Below, piece after piece: positions 21,287 through 35,400 of a stretch of 64,000 nucleotides of DNA; positions within the stretch are counted from its first letter, which is position 1; every line of letters begins with the position of its first letter. Under the pieces are notes generated by a model that searched no databases, had not been told where the DNA came from, and saw nothing but the letters and a program-made list of their open reading frames with translations. Both the position numbers and the translations under genes were made by a program. The DNA is from Azolla caroliniana (taxonomy: Eukaryota > Plantae > Polypodiophyta): the NCBI GenBank assembly GCA_043228905.1, contig JBHGNT010000015.1, positions 248,001 to 312,000 of the forward strand, in the 5' to 3' direction.

Positions 21287-24200
21287 ATGGAAGACAACTG
21301 CTTCTGCCCACCTGCCCTTGTATCGGAACAGTTCTTAGTGGAGCAATTGCTGGATACCAAGTTGCGCATTTCTGATCGATTCCGAGCGCTGTTCTCCCTT
21401 CGGAATTTGAAAGGCCAAGGTCCCCGTGAAGCCTTGATTTCTGGTATCCCTCTCTCTCTCCCTCTCTCGCCAAGTTGTTTAAAGTCTTTTTTCATGCTTC
21501 CGTACGTGTGATTTAAGAGTAAGAAGTCTCTGCCATGTCTAACCAAAATATGAAACATCCCGCACACTGAACATAATCGAACATTTCCCACTACATAACA
21601 TCCATGGTGGGTGGACTATTTTGGACAAAGAACACACAGCATGGTTCAGCCACTCAGCTTGGTGACGTATAAGTGTTATACGTATGGAAGACCAAGATTC
21701 ACCTGTCAAGTTTTTCAGGAAATAGCGGTATCTTAGAGTGCCCGGGACCTATCTCCCTCTCCCTACCAAGAAATCATGGTCGACTCGACTCGACGGAAGA
21801 AGTGAAAACATGGAACACAACAAAAATCATGGTCGACTAGATGGAAGAAGTGAAAACAAGGAACACAACAATATTCGTCGTTTGAGTTTGATTAAAATCT
21901 GGATATTTATAAGAGCATCAGATAATCAAATTTCTGTGTTTCTTACAGACCTATCTCCTTCCCTAGGAAATGGCAGTTGAACGCAAAAGTGATAAACGTG
22001 GAACGGAACAACATTCGACTTTTTAGTTTGATGAATTCTAGACATCATATTGCAGAGTGTCTCTTATCAGATTATCACATTTTTCTGCCTGTTTAGGGAC
22101 ATACCTCCATACCTAGACTTGGTAGATCAAGAGAGAAGTCATGCTTCTCAGTGTAAACCACTGAATAAAACAAGGTTCAACTGTTCAGTTTGGTGAAACC
22201 TAGATATCGTCTAGTGTCCATTATCAAATTGTTATGTTTCATGCCACTTTTTCAGTCTACCTTGATGTGTTAATTTGAAAGGAAAATGCTACTGTTAAGC
22301 TTCTAGGGGACATCCTTGGAATTGATAAGCAGGTTCAATTGTTCAGTTTGATGAAACCGTACGTTTATGTTTAATGCAGCAAGATAATTTCGTTTCAAGT
22401 AATATTGGGTGAAATGTTTTTAAACACATCCTGATTCCTTGATGTCGTGGAATGAATTGTTCATTGAAGAATGTAAAAATCCCTCTGTCTTGCTTGATAG
22501 TGACCTGAGAGGCTCATCCTAGTTTTCATACGAGCATCACTTAGTGAGAAGGACTCTGCATTATGATCTCAAGCCTCATTATACTTTAGCCAAATAGGAT
22601 GCGTACTTAAGGAACACGTTTTATTCAGTTGCATTAATTTACCCGTGGTTCCATAACTAATGTATATGTTCATATATCTGTTAGTAAGCTGAATAGACAA
22701 GGAATTAATTTAGTTGTAAAATAAAGTTGATGGCGTTTGATTTTCTAGCCCATGATGAGGTGAACAAATTCCAACCATAGAGAGAATAGAATATTCAATA
22801 CATGATTTGGCTAGATAAGATACTCTATACGTATGTCTTTCTCTGTATATAGGATACATACACTTGTGTTTCTGCCTGGTGAGTGTCTCATTGACGAATT
22901 TGCAGCAAGTTTTCCATCATTGATATCAACAACATAAGAAGCTTATCTAGACCTGTTAATGAAAGCAGAAAGGCAGAGGTATATGCACATTGCACATGCA
23001 TGAAATATGTGGTAGATCAAGGCTAGCTAAGCCCTTATTCATCGGGCACCGTTCCAGTATTTCATTGTTAACTGCCCTTCTGACACATTTGTATAAAAAA
23101 TTCATCTCTATTTGTCTACAAAGAAGGTGCCAAATTTTTTTATAATGCATCACTTGATGTTTAAAATATTCTTTATTAGAATGCATGAGCTGTTTTTTTT
23201 ACTGCAGCTACAAGGGATTCATCAAACTTACTGGCACATGAAGCTGCTTTTGCACTTGGTCAAATGCAGGATGTTAATGCTGTTCCAGCTCTAAAACATA
23301 TACTAGAAAACTTGACTACATATCATCCTATTGTTCGACATGAGGTGATATCTCTAAAATCTGTTTGATCTTGGAGTTATTATGTCCGTAAAATTGAATG
23401 ATATGTTAAAATATCCTCAGCTAATTTCTGTCGCTCTAATATATCAGTCCAAGGTTTAGTTTTATGACACCACCATTTGATTATATTATATCCAAGCAAA
23501 GTTCAAAGTTTTTAACATTGAAGATAATGTGACGGTTCTAACAATGTATATCTATCATGCAGGCTGCAGAAGCTCTTGGTGCAATTGGAAAAAATGATTG
23601 TGTAGACATACTGCGGAGAGCATTAGAGGTAGATCCGGCTCAGGAGGTGAGGGAGACTTGTGAGTTGGCATTGAAGAAACTGGAACAAGGACTTGAAGCT
23701 AATGCAGCCCAAGAGTCACGGTTTTTTACAGTAGATCCAGCTATGCCTGCACCAACAAGCACATCAGTGGCAGATCTGAGGTATCATCGTGTGGCATTTA
23801 ATCTTTTCTGATGGGTAATGATTCTAGTTTCCTATGCTTATATGTATTTCATCTGGAAGGAAGACCCTGCTTGATGAGAAAGAAGACATGTATGAACGCT
23901 ATGCTGCTTTATTTTCATTAAGAAATCGTGGAGGAAAAGAAGCTGTCAGAGCCATTATCAGTGCCTTAGGATGCCAGAGTGCACTCTTAAAACACGAGGT
24001 AATGTAAATAGTGAAAGCAATCATAACTTAAATGGTAGTGAAGGCAGTTCTGAATATTCGATGTCATCCTTGGTTCTGTTGCAAATGTGGTTACTAGTGT
24101 TCTCTGTATTTGATGTAGATTGTATGTCAAAATCCTACATTCTCACTTGAGGGAGTTCAAAGTTATATTGCAAAATGATTGGTTTGTGGTTGCTCATCGT

Positions 24201-25536
24201 TTATGTTTGTTTCTGTCTGTGCACTATGATGTAGCCAAGAGTCATTGACAAAATATAGCCTTATGGATGGTTACTTTTCTTGATGCATTGACGAAATTGC
24301 AGTTTAATCTAGTGCTTTTTGGCTTTGTATTTCCTTTAATGTGGTCAAAGAATGGTCTTAGTAGGTGGTGTTCTTTGTTGGAAAATCAAGCTCACAAGCT
24401 ACGTTATTCTATAGAAAAATATTTCCCTTTTTCTTAACTGGTTTGCAAGGTTTCAAGAGTATGATCCACTTACAATTTTGCTGAAAATAATAAGTGCACT
24501 GCACAAAATCCTAGTGTGATATATATATATATATATATATCCTATGGTCTCTTTGCGGGTGATGACTCGGAGAAATTGTTTTTGGGTTTATTAAAATTTT
24601 AATATGCATAATATTCATTTCTAACTCTAGATTCACCTTTATGTTTTTAAAATTCTCTACACTCACATTTATGTTTTATGAACATCAATTATCTCAGATT
24701 TTGGTCTCTTTTGTCTAGTCTAATGTCTATAGTATATGGTAATATGATATACTCATTATTTCAGGTAGCATATGTATTGGGTCAACTTCAGGATAAAGAA
24801 GCAACCAGCGCCCTTACATCTACTCTGAAGAATATTAATGAACATCCGATGGTTCGACATGAAGCAGCTGAAGCATTAGGATCAATTGCAGGTGAGGTTT
24901 GATTTCGGGCTAAGGAAATAGGAGTCTTTATGTAGAAGAGCTATATTTGATAAAATTATTGCTAGCCATGGGTATCTGTGTAGTATTTCTTAATATCCTT
25001 TTCAGTGAGATTTTGATTACCAAATATCTGCAGAAGGACTTCCTTAGGCACTTCACATTTTGAGTTCATGTCAAGTTCTTGAACTCATGAACTCGTCTCT
25101 AGGAGGGGAGTAATGATATATTCTATAAACATACAAGAAACAACATTCCAACAAGAATTATTATTCGATTTATCCATCTTGATTTACTACGATAAATGTA
25201 TTTAAATAAAAAATGCTTCCATATTTCTAAAAACACATCCGTAGGACAGTATGATTTCTGACCCAGTTATCGTGCAGACAGTGAAAGTCTTGCACTCTTG
25301 AGGCAACTTCAAAGTGATGTTGAACCCATTGTAGCTCAAAGTTGTGAGGTAGCATTGAGTATGTTGGATTTTGAACAAAATGGGAAGTCATTTGAGGTAA
25401 CTTGCTGTAAACCATGCTCAAAATATTTGTACGTGAATATTGTATAGATATTTGCCTGTGCAGTATCCTGCGTTTACATATGATTCTGTTTTTTGAATTG
25501 CAGTATTTGTATCTGGAGAGGCCAAATGGTCATTAG
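21287..25536 (+). CDS. DOHH: Deoxyhypusine hydroxylase; exons 21287-21443, 23208-23344, 23563-23780, 23860-23998, 24765-24891, 25278-25396, 25504-25536
   Basis: [11 protein letters not shown], and four His-Glu motifs in HEAT repeats ([58 protein letters not shown]). All introns are GT-AG and in frame. Confidence 0.96.
21745..22365. repeat. Old diverged tandem repeat (about 150-200 bp, about 4 units) in DOHH intron 1, with an internal ~54-bp duplication
   Basis: Recurring gacctatctcc...ccta and ttcaactgttcagtttgatgaaacc-like blocks; aaatcatggtcgact...ggaacacaacaa occurs twice at about 21771-21872. Confidence 0.6.
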
Positions 25537-26032
25537 CAATTTCAGGACTTCATAGTCGAAAATTCTGCAATATGAGGTTTTGAGATATATGTTAAAATAC
25601 TTGAAATACTATCACATTTTATCCTCAAAAGGTGTGAATTGAGAGCAGGACACTATGGTAGATGAATGATTAGCCATTCAAGGATCTCCAGTCCTACTAT
25701 TCGAATCAAATTAGTTAAATTTATTATCTTGTAGGTCTCTTTGAGATCTAAGTGGCCTTGCTGATTGTCAGCTATTAACAAGTTTATATTATTCAATAAG
25801 AAGAAAAATATTATTTTGCATTCCTCAAACCTGTACCAACAGTTACCATTATTTTATATTTCTATTTGTGAACCAATGTTTGTTATATCATACCTGTAAC
25901 CTGTTTATCTTGTATGTACTTTATAGCATCATTGTTTGTGTGACTACTATTTGTTTACTAGCATCAACAATCTTTGAATGTTTGCCATTGACATCAAAGA
26001 GGTTTTAATGAAATCCATGATACAAAAGAGGA

Positions 26033-26220
26033 AATCACGGTTGGGGGGAGGGTTGTGTATTGGGGTCCTTGAACCTTGCCACAGTTCGTGATTGCGTCAC
26101 ATTTCATTACTCAAGAACCTCGCTATGGTCCCTGAATCATGGTTGGGGGAAGAGTCGTGTCTTGGGGTCCTTGAACCTTGGCACAGTTCGTGATTGCGTC
26201 ATGTTCCACGACTCAAGAAC
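26033..26220. repeat. Direct duplication, about 102-bp period
   Basis: ttggggtccttgaaccttg(c/g)cacagttcgtgattgcgtca...actcaagaac occurs twice. Confidence 0.88.
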
Positions 26221-28544
26221 GTTGCTGAAATCTCCCACAAAAGATGCACTCACATTTTTCAGGATGTTAGTGTGGGTCCGTCAAGTTAGGTTTGAAGCAA
26301 TAGGTGCTCATTGAGATGTCCCAAATACATATGCTGGTTGATATAGGAACCAAGTGGAAGAAAGATTGATGTGATTGTTACATGTTGGATATAGAAATTT
26401 GATGTAGAATCGCGCTCCCAATAAATATGATCAAGTAAATGACAGTGAAATGTTGGACTCTTAGTTCCTACGTAACCATCAGCCCTATCTACACATGAAT
26501 CACATTTTGCACCCAACAAAGTCTAGCTCAAACTTCAGATTTGGTGATGTGCATTAGTTGGATAATGAAGATGTGAGGCTATTATGAAAGTAATCTGTGG
26601 TGTGGGGAAGTGTAGGTGAGGATCTCAATTGTGATATCCAACATTAGTCGGAAGTGCTTAAGTGCTAACTGCTGTTTGTATGCTTCACCTACTAATGCTT
26701 TATTGATGTAGATGTATGGGTTGACATATGATAGCAAGAAGAGATTTTGTAAAACATTCGAAAGTGTCTAGTGTCTCCACAATGTGAAACTAGACAACAC
26801 AAGCACACTTAAATTACATAAATACATCAAAGCTAACAATTGATAGAATTGAAGTTCAATCCTTGCTATGGGCTAGGCCTTGCCTCGTAAATCACAATTC
26901 GTCTCTCGTGGATGTGAAATATATATATGTATGTATATATACATATACATATACATATACATATATATATATATTATATCACACACACACACCCTAGATT
27001 GTGTCAAGTACTTTCTTGCACTAATCACTTTGATGAGTTTGATTGCTCTCTTTTTGTATTTTCTTATCAAGAATTTTGATTTAAGCCCGTGGGGTAAATT
27101 GTTTCGTAATTAAGTAATCATACGAGAGAGTTTTAAAAAAGAGTTTGTCCGAATGGTTAGTGTTGTCATTAGTAATTTAAGAACAATAAATAATTATTCC
27201 TACTTGTGTTGCTAACACAAGATAGGCCACAACTTGCTCTCACAAATGACCTTACTTACGAGGTGGTATTTGGACAAAAATTAAGATATGCATTCGGTTT
27301 TACTTGCCTTGACTCAACATATCTGGTTTGGTGATGCTAGTAGGAACTCAAGGTATTCAACCATCACTGGAAACTTTCATCTTGCTGGGGAAAATAGAAC
27401 ATTGAGGGTTCAAGCCCTTTGGATTTATTGGACTTAAATAAATTTATTAACCGAGTGTGGCTCGTGATTCCAATGTATCCTACATAATATTCAACTAACA
27501 ATTGCCCAACTTGGATAAATTAGATTGTTAATGGGAAGGACAAAGCTAAAGAGGTCCACACCATCGATTTAAAATGAGAAGAGTTGACACGATACTAAAG
27601 AACTTTAAAGACATTCTTAATGAGTTTCTAGTGTGCTCCATAGATATACAAATAGATTCAGAATGACAATTGAAAAGATTTGAAGCTCACGACAAGAAAT
27701 TTTCCTACCTCAAAGTACTAGACAAATTTTCACACTAACGAAAGTTTGAACCTAAGGAGCCTTTGAGTCTAGTGACATATATTTGGTAAACCCATCCTAT
27801 ATGGTTCGAGTCCTTAGTGGTCCCACTCATATTTCACACACACTCGCATAACTTTACTGTTATGGGCATGACCATATAATATCCCGTGGTGAGAATTTAC
27901 ATAGTATTCTATACACATGGATAAGTGTGAGGGTTAAACGAGAGTGTAAAGAAGGGGTGGATTACTTTTAATCCTCGGGATTGAGACAACCCATTAGGCC
28001 AAGTGTGAACTTGCCTGGGGGCCTTGGGTATCGCTATAAATATGAGGCCTAGCTACCCCTATTTGATGATATCTTGACTACGTCGAGACTCTGTTTCGTG
28101 GTGGGTCAACTCTTGTAGCGAGCGCGCCAACACCAGGTACGACTCGACGCCACGACGGTTGTATGGGACACCGATCGAGGCTCGAGTCCGTCTCGATCCC
28201 TTTGCTCGGGGGTGGTCGGGTGGATCGGCACCCTTCTTTCTCTCTCTCCTTTCTATCTATCTATCTTTTATCCTTATCATATGCTTACTTCAGATATGAT
28301 GCTACTCATTGTCAATTTCAAGTGCCCAAGCTATGGCAGATCATGAGAATGCATGGCAAGCCTAAGACGACAAAAACAACATGTCGTCAATCATAGACTC
28401 GTAACCATGCAAAAACTCTTAACGAATTCTCCTTGATACTCTATAAATCCTCATTTTCTCTCTTTATTTGAAAGGGTTTCCTATTGTATAAATTGGGTTC
28501 AATATTGATTTTTTCTACCCCCTTCAAATTTACAATAATGTGAT

Positions 28545-29660
28545 GTCCCTCTCGTGCAAGTGCATGCCTTTTAGCACACCACCCCTTTTAGCACGCATGT
28601 AGCTAAGCCAACCCAAATGGGTACCTTTGTATCTTCTATAAATTGAACAATAAGTAAGAAGCTGAAAAAGCTGGTTTTTATTCCGTTTATGTGCATTTCA
28701 CATAATTGGTGGAGATGCAGGGTAGTCAGTGATGGCAACTACCCTTGCAAGGTCCATACGGATTCCGTCGCCAGAGATGATGAAGCCGAGAAAACGAAGG
28801 TTGGTGCTTCCCCATCGACACTTCTTCCATTGGAGTTGCAAGTTATGCTTAGTTATGCGAGCGAGGACTTCAACGAGAGTATGTAGATGGTCCTCCCAAG
28901 CGGCGGTGCAGATAATGAGTCATCAAGATAAACAAGGACAACGCCTTTGCTGATAAGGGCAGTGAAAATGGAGTTTCCCATGCATTAGAATGTGTTGCTG
29001 GCATTAGACATGTCGAACGATATGCGGGTGAACTGGAACAACAACCTACAACGTGTGCAAAATGCGGTCTTGTAGGCGTCAGAAGGCTTTAGAGGGATCT
29101 GCCAAAATATCCCGAGGATAAGTCAAGGGAGGTGAAATAACAGAGCCATCGAATTGATCCAAGAGGTCGTCCACACGAGGGAGTGGGTAGAGGCTACTTA
29201 CTTGCTCCAACGCGATTCCAACGGTTGATTCACCTCCACCCATGTTGCCCGCATCAAGCCCTATGCTACCCCAAGCCCATCTTCTAGCACTTGTCCTTTC
29301 CCCATGTCGAAAAACTCATTGTTTCTCTCAGGGGGAAAAAATGGTGTCCCTTTCGAGCAAGTGCATGCCTTTTAGCACACATGTAGCTAAGCCAACCCAA
29401 AATGGATACCTTTGTATCTTCTATAAATTGAACAATAAGTAAGAAGCTAAAAAAGGCGTTTTTTATTCCTTTTATGTGCATTTCACATAATTGGTGGAGA
29501 TGTCTGGTAGTCAGTGATGGCAACTACCTTTGCAAGGTCCATATGGACTTTGTCGCCAGAGATGATGAAGCCGAGAAAACAGAGGTTGTTGCTTCCCCAT
29601 CAACACTTCTTCCATTGGAGTTGCAAGTTATGCTTAGTTGTACGATCAAGGACTTCATGA
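28545..29660. repeat. Direct duplication, about 28545-28880 and 29345-29660
   Basis: caagtgcatgccttttagcac...gttgcaagttatgcttagtt repeated; it spans the junction of the RT fragment and its flank. Confidence 0.9.
28700..29200 (-). pseudogene. Degenerate Ty3/gypsy reverse transcriptase fragment
   Basis: Minus strand YPLPRVDDLLDQF...YFTSLDLSSGY...WQIPLKPSDAYKTAF...VLVYLDD...KKCRWGSTNLRFLGFIISGDGIRMD, with frameshifts and stops. Confidence 0.85.
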
Positions 29661-30325
29661 AGATTTTGTAGTTATGCTTAGTTATGCTCATTGAATTGTT
29701 ATCGCTCAAACATTATCGATTCTCTTTTCCCTCGAGGCTCTATTGCCCCTCGAGGGAGCAACTCTAGTCTTTTCATGTAGATCTAATCTTGACCCCTCTC
29801 TAGTGAGCTCTTCAACCAAAGTTTTGACCTACTGCAAAACTTGACATTTAGGTATTTGTATTCCTTTGTGCACACCGCATCACGACATTGTCAAGAATGC
29901 AACGATAATCTCATATCACTAAGTTCTTCCATAGGCCCATACCGCACCGTCAAGGAGACAACATAGAGCAAGCAAAGGAATGAAGACAACAATGAGGACG
30001 GCAAGGATCGAGATACAACACCAGGCCATTGCTCAGCATGGATGATCCCCCTCGAGGACACAATGATGCACATGGCGAACTTGGTCGTAGGATCATTTCA
30101 TGGCACCAACGGGTCTCGGACACAACTCGATTCGGCCCCATGGAATTGTTGTGGTGATGATTTATTTGCCTCTCATGGTTGAGAGGAGACGAGACGTTTA
30201 CAATGCTTCTTTCTTTTTTCACGTGTGTGAAACCAACCAAACAGCCAAAGAAATAAAGGACTTGAGACGATGGACGAAGAAGAAAAAGACGAAGACGAAG
30301 AAGACGAAGAAGAAGAAGAAAAGCT

Positions 30326-31144
30326 ATGGCGGATAGAAGTGGCAGAGAAGTCCTCAAGGCCGTCTTTCCTTTACTGAGCGGCCACGATCTCGCTCTATGT
30401 ATGTGTGTCTGCAGGCTATGGAGAGAAGTCGCTGGTGAAGACTATCTTTGGAAGCTCGCCTGTGCTAAGCGATGGCCATCGACATCATCGTCTTCCTCCT
30501 CCTCCTCCTCCTCTTCTTCTTCTTCATCATCATTTTCTTCTTCTTCTTCTTCTTCTTCTCCGATCGGTTCGTCTCGTGGCTTCTACCAGCTTTTCTCCAG
30601 CCTCTGCAGACAGAGGTCAAGACTTTCCCCGCCTCCTCAACTGTCATTCGAAACACTCGAATTTTATGTAGACATATGGATTGATTCCGTCGCAGTATAT
30701 TCCAATGTCATCCCTGGCTCAGTTGCCATCAATGGTATCAAAGATCCACCTCCAAACATATGTCGTAATATGCGCGAACACCTACAAGGAACTTCGTCAA
30801 AGATCACGATAGCTGTTGACCCTAGATTCCATGTCTCTTTCACAAAAAACATCAGAGTTTCTCTGATTGTGAGGAGAAAAGATAGAGATCAAGTAGCTTG
30901 TGTGATTGATCGGACAGGATTTGACTACGTGGATGGACCCAGTTATAGAGCTCATACATATGACTTTTTGCATATATCTTCCCAGCATCCTTTTGTATCG
31001 GAAATTAGGGCATGGCTTGCTCTCCTCCTCGTGGATGCGCAGGATGGACAGCTTGAAGCTTTCGGCATAGAGCTCGACTTCGGTGATGTAACTGATTCTG
31101 ATTCGGAGATTCTCTTACTTCTTGACATGCTAGATTGGAAATGA
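30326..31144 (+). CDS. Intronless F-box protein, At5g39250-like
   Basis: EVLKAVFPLL...VCRLWREVAGEDYLWKLACAKRWP F-box; PPPQLSFETLEFYVDIW; conserved C-terminus FGIELDF...LLDMLDWK. Confidence 0.9.
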   Translation: MADRSGREVLKAVFPLLSGHDLALCMCVCRLWREVAGEDYLWKLACAKRWPSTSSSSSSSSSSSSSSSSFSSSSSSSSPIGSSRGFYQLFSSLCRQRSRLSPPPQLSFETLEFYVDIWIDSVAVYSNVIPGSVAINGIKDPPPNICRNMREHLQGTSSKITIAVDPRFHVSFTKNIRVSLIVRRKDRDQVACVIDRTGFDYVDGPSYRAHTYDFLHISSQHPFVSEIRAWLALLLVDAQDGQLEAFGIELDFGDVTDSDSEILLLLDMLDWK

Positions 31145-32422
31145 ACATATACACATACACATACATTTATGCATGTATGTATGTATGTACGTATGTACAT
31201 TGAGATCATTTGCTTGTGTTGAAGGATTCTGAAATTCTTTTTCTGCTAAATGTGCTGGATTGGATATATATATATATATACCTATACATAGATATACGAT
31301 TTCCAAGCACAGAGGAAAAGATATAGTATTCTTATGAGAGGGGTATGATGATCAAAGAAGTACATGAGAGGTGTGTCTTCTGATACAATGAATGCAGTGG
31401 CGATCAGGAAACCAATCCACATCGTCATCCAGTTGTCTATTTAAATGTTCTCTTGTATACTTTTTCATATTGTAAGTTTGGCCTCAACCCCATCGCAGTC
31501 ATGCTCTGCCTTGACTTCTGAGAATTCCAACAGAGGTTCAGCCTTTGTATAAATTATATCCACTGTTATATAAGACTTGCCTATATAATGAAAATTAAGA
31601 GAACACATGATATTTCAAGTCTTTAATTGCTGTAGTAAATAACTTTGTAACCTACCATTTTGGTTTTGTAGGATATTTATAATGTTAGATTACAATTCAT
31701 AGTGATTCCAACAGATGAAATTATATTCATTAGCATTATCAAGGATCAAGAAATTTTGGAATTTCAAAATTTGTTATCATTTATCGTTGGTTTATTGACT
31801 ATTTCAAGGGTATCTATTGCACAGTTATTGTTAAGGAATCCAAGCTAATTAAAGAGACTCTGGACAGGATTAGACAAATTAGTTACAAATATATGACGGG
31901 ATGTGACATGGTCCATAAAGGCATCAAAATGTCAAAGTCTATAATGAAATGTTTTTGCAGACCCAAATGTGATACTCATCTGCCCAGTTGATATATTGCT
32001 GACTTGTTTCAATATACGTTGTCACCATCTTGTAGTTTCCATGTGTTTGTCACTAGCCAAAGCATTGCATGGGTTGAAAAAACTTTAATCATGTAAAACC
32101 AAACCCATATGTACATAAAAAGGGCAATACTCAAGCTAATGACCAATGCACATAATCACCATTCTTGTGCATTTCACTGGACTATAACAAAATTTTAGGG
32201 CATTTTATTAATGGGATTATGCAACTCATTGTTTCACTTCATTTCAATCAAATGTTCCAACCAATCAGGAACACAGTTGCAAAAATTCTACATTGCTCTA
32301 ATTGTTCCAATTATAAGTGGAAGACTAAAGAGAATTTTCCTTTTGCAGCCTCATACTATAAATGTTCATCTTAATTTAAACATACTGCAGAGAAAGTGAA
32401 CATAGCAGAGATGATAATTTTT

Positions 32423-35400
32423 TCATCTGCCATTGCAATCCTGCTTATTTCTGTTCTTTCTTTTCTTTCTCCTTGCCTTGAAAGTTTTGTACAGTTCAAT
32501 TGACCTTGTAACTTGCCGCAACTCTTTTCGGAGAGTTTCATTTTGCTTAAAATCTCTCAAAACTTTGAAATGTGAGGAGAAAATGTTAGGACTTGCTATC
32601 TCTGTAACAATCTTGTCAGATTCTATATTGCTCATATCACATATCGATTTAGACAGTGGTAAACTACTTGGGTAAGCTTTTCTCCTTGTTAACTTTCTTG
32701 GTAGCTGGACAGTTGGCCGAAAACCACCATCCTTAGTGGAATATTGTAGAACTGCATCTTTTGGACTTAATGTAGATAAAATGAAATCATTAGAATCAGA
32801 ACCCATTTTGGATATTTGAGATGCAAGCTTCGCTATATCAGGATGGTAATGCTTTGACAGAAGAGAGACTTCCCACAGGACAGTTGACAGTGCACCACTC
32901 AAATCAGGATCATTTCCTTCAGCATGGAAAACCTGTCCAGAAAGGCAGTGCCTGTTACATCTCTCTTTATATATAAACAAACATGGAGATTCAGTCCAGA
33001 TATTTCAAGGAAAGAACAACTTACAGCTACATTACCACCAATAGAGCCTCCTCCCTCATCATTTTCCAACAGATTGCAGCATTTTTTGTACCTTTGTAAC
33101 AAATGCCGAACGGTCACTAGACCTGTACCAATGGCATATTATCGAAATCACCTCAATGTTATAGACAATAACCTAATAGAGTCTTTAGAATATGTTTAAC
33201 GCCTATTATCCCTCTGCTCTCTATAACAGCATGCCACCAGAATAAAGTATAGATTTACTATAGTTTTAGGCTATGATGTCTATTTCTTTAAAACAGAGGG
33301 TCAGGAATCAATTTGTACAGACTTAATGTCCTGACTTTGTCAAAGATGAGGCATACAATGTCGGGAATAGTTAATATACATACACAACATCATGATTAAG
33401 ATGTGGCAACTCTCTAAAAAAACAAAGTGATGCCTTACCAGCCATTCCTTCAGCTGGCCCAATGTGCAATGACTTTGTTGATAACCGCTTCACGAAAGCA
33501 GACACTCTTTGCATATCGTGTTGTCTACTATCCCAAAGCATGACTTGTAAGGCTTCAGCTAGAACTACGCCCCCATGTTCCTCACTAATAATTGATCCAA
33601 ATAAATTGATTGAAAATTTCGTCCAACAAACTAGTAGACCATGAAAACACTTGTGCATTACCTGACCAAATCGTGGCATAGCAATATGTTGTACAATGTG
33701 ACATAGAAATCTCGAAGGTCAATATTTAATGCATCCAAATTGCTTCGTACAATTTTAAATGCTACAACACAGCAATGAAGGCGATCTATAAATGTGAGAG
33801 GCACTGCATTTTGACCTGCAACTGGCTCTGCACTACTAGCAGCCAGCCTCTTCAAGATGGCTAGTAGATCCCCCATGAAGTCCACACTTACAAGATATGA
33901 GAACTTTGCTAAGCCATCAAGGCATGGCCTTAGTAATGGTCGAGGCCCATAGTCAGCCAATTTGAATCTCATTGCAGGTAAATTGGTATCCTGAACACTG
34001 CCATAAATAATTCCCCATCAATTATTTTATGATCATACATCAATATACATTACACAATGTACACAACAACCTATTGGTAGGATCCAAACTCGATTTCAAA
34101 ATTCGGAAATAAGTCTCGAAAACAGCCGTAAGCGTCTGCGTTTGCAGCTTTCTGCGTTCGGAAGGATCTGACAATGCAGATGATTCTCTAAAATCTGTTA
34201 CAACCTTCACAATTTGGATGATGTTACGCAGCATAAGATTAGTTCCCTCACTGATGTCCATTGCATCAGAAAATTGCACAAAAAATTTCAGTATACCTCC
34301 TCTCTCAGCTTGGCTTCGAGTTCGCGTTTTTTCATTTTTTTCTCTTTCCGCTGATTCTTAGGGTTCAACATTTCAGAGCTGCCACCATTTTGCTTAACTT
34401 TTTGATTCTCCGTACTTGGCTTCCTAAGATCCTCATCAAAAGAGAGTGTCAGGAGGACCTGGAAAAGACAACATTAAAAGTCAAGACTGCACCTCCAAGT
34501 AGCAAAAGTTACAAAATCTGGTACCTCAACAACATCAGGCCGCAACAAACATTCACCAGTCTTTACAAAATCTGCAATCATCTCAACTGCCTCTACAGTT
34601 GCATGCCCTCCATGTTTGCCCTCATTTTGAAACAGTGACATCACTGCATCACAGCTCATTTTTCTGCATAATAGCAAACTTGGTGAAACTGGACCTAGTC
34701 TATCTTTTTACTATTTCTTGACAAACGGAAATGTAACAGAGAGAAACCTGCAATCGGAATCTGGGGAATCCATGAGAGGAATCAAATTCGCCATTAAACT
34801 GTCGCGGAAATTGAAGTGCGGTATAGCCTCTATAAGTCCAGACACACAACGAGCTGCTGTCCTCTTATGAACATCTGACTTCAGAGATTTGAAGAGAACC
34901 TGAACATATTTCTGCATACACAACAGGAAATTATACGCTCTACCAAGTTAGAGATATCAATTGAAATCACATGGGAAATGTTCAATATATATGACCTTGT
35001 AAAATAACCAATGGAACTTACAGAAAAACAAAATCACAAGTGAAAAGGAAAGGATGGCCAAAAAGGAAGAAAATGTAAGGATAAAGAAAGACAAAATGAA
35101 ATGAATGTGTGTGCAAAGAAAATGCCAAGACCAAGAAAACATGCTACATTCTCTACAATTTCTATAGGCATCTACCCATAAAAAAAGTGCCCAGCAAATT
35201 CTTCAGCTAAGTAGATGAGTTGTGTGTTTATCTGCACTGCCAAAAGAAGCAACTATATGAAGTAGAGGGTTAAACTGGAGTAACTAGTTGATGTTTGAGT
35301 ACTACCGTATGTCAGAAACATAATCCAGCATGTTGTAAGAGAAGTTTTCAATAGAACAATGGATTTCAGCTGTGTGTTTATCAGCATTGCCAAGAGATGC

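Noticed and set aside
26286-26720. Possible LINE zinc-finger remnant (CHLLDHIYWE)
   Set aside because: The match is too short and degenerate to support.
27700-28270. Possible LTR with TATA box and PBS-like gcgcgccaa
   Set aside because: No defined TG...CA ends, TSD or partner LTR.
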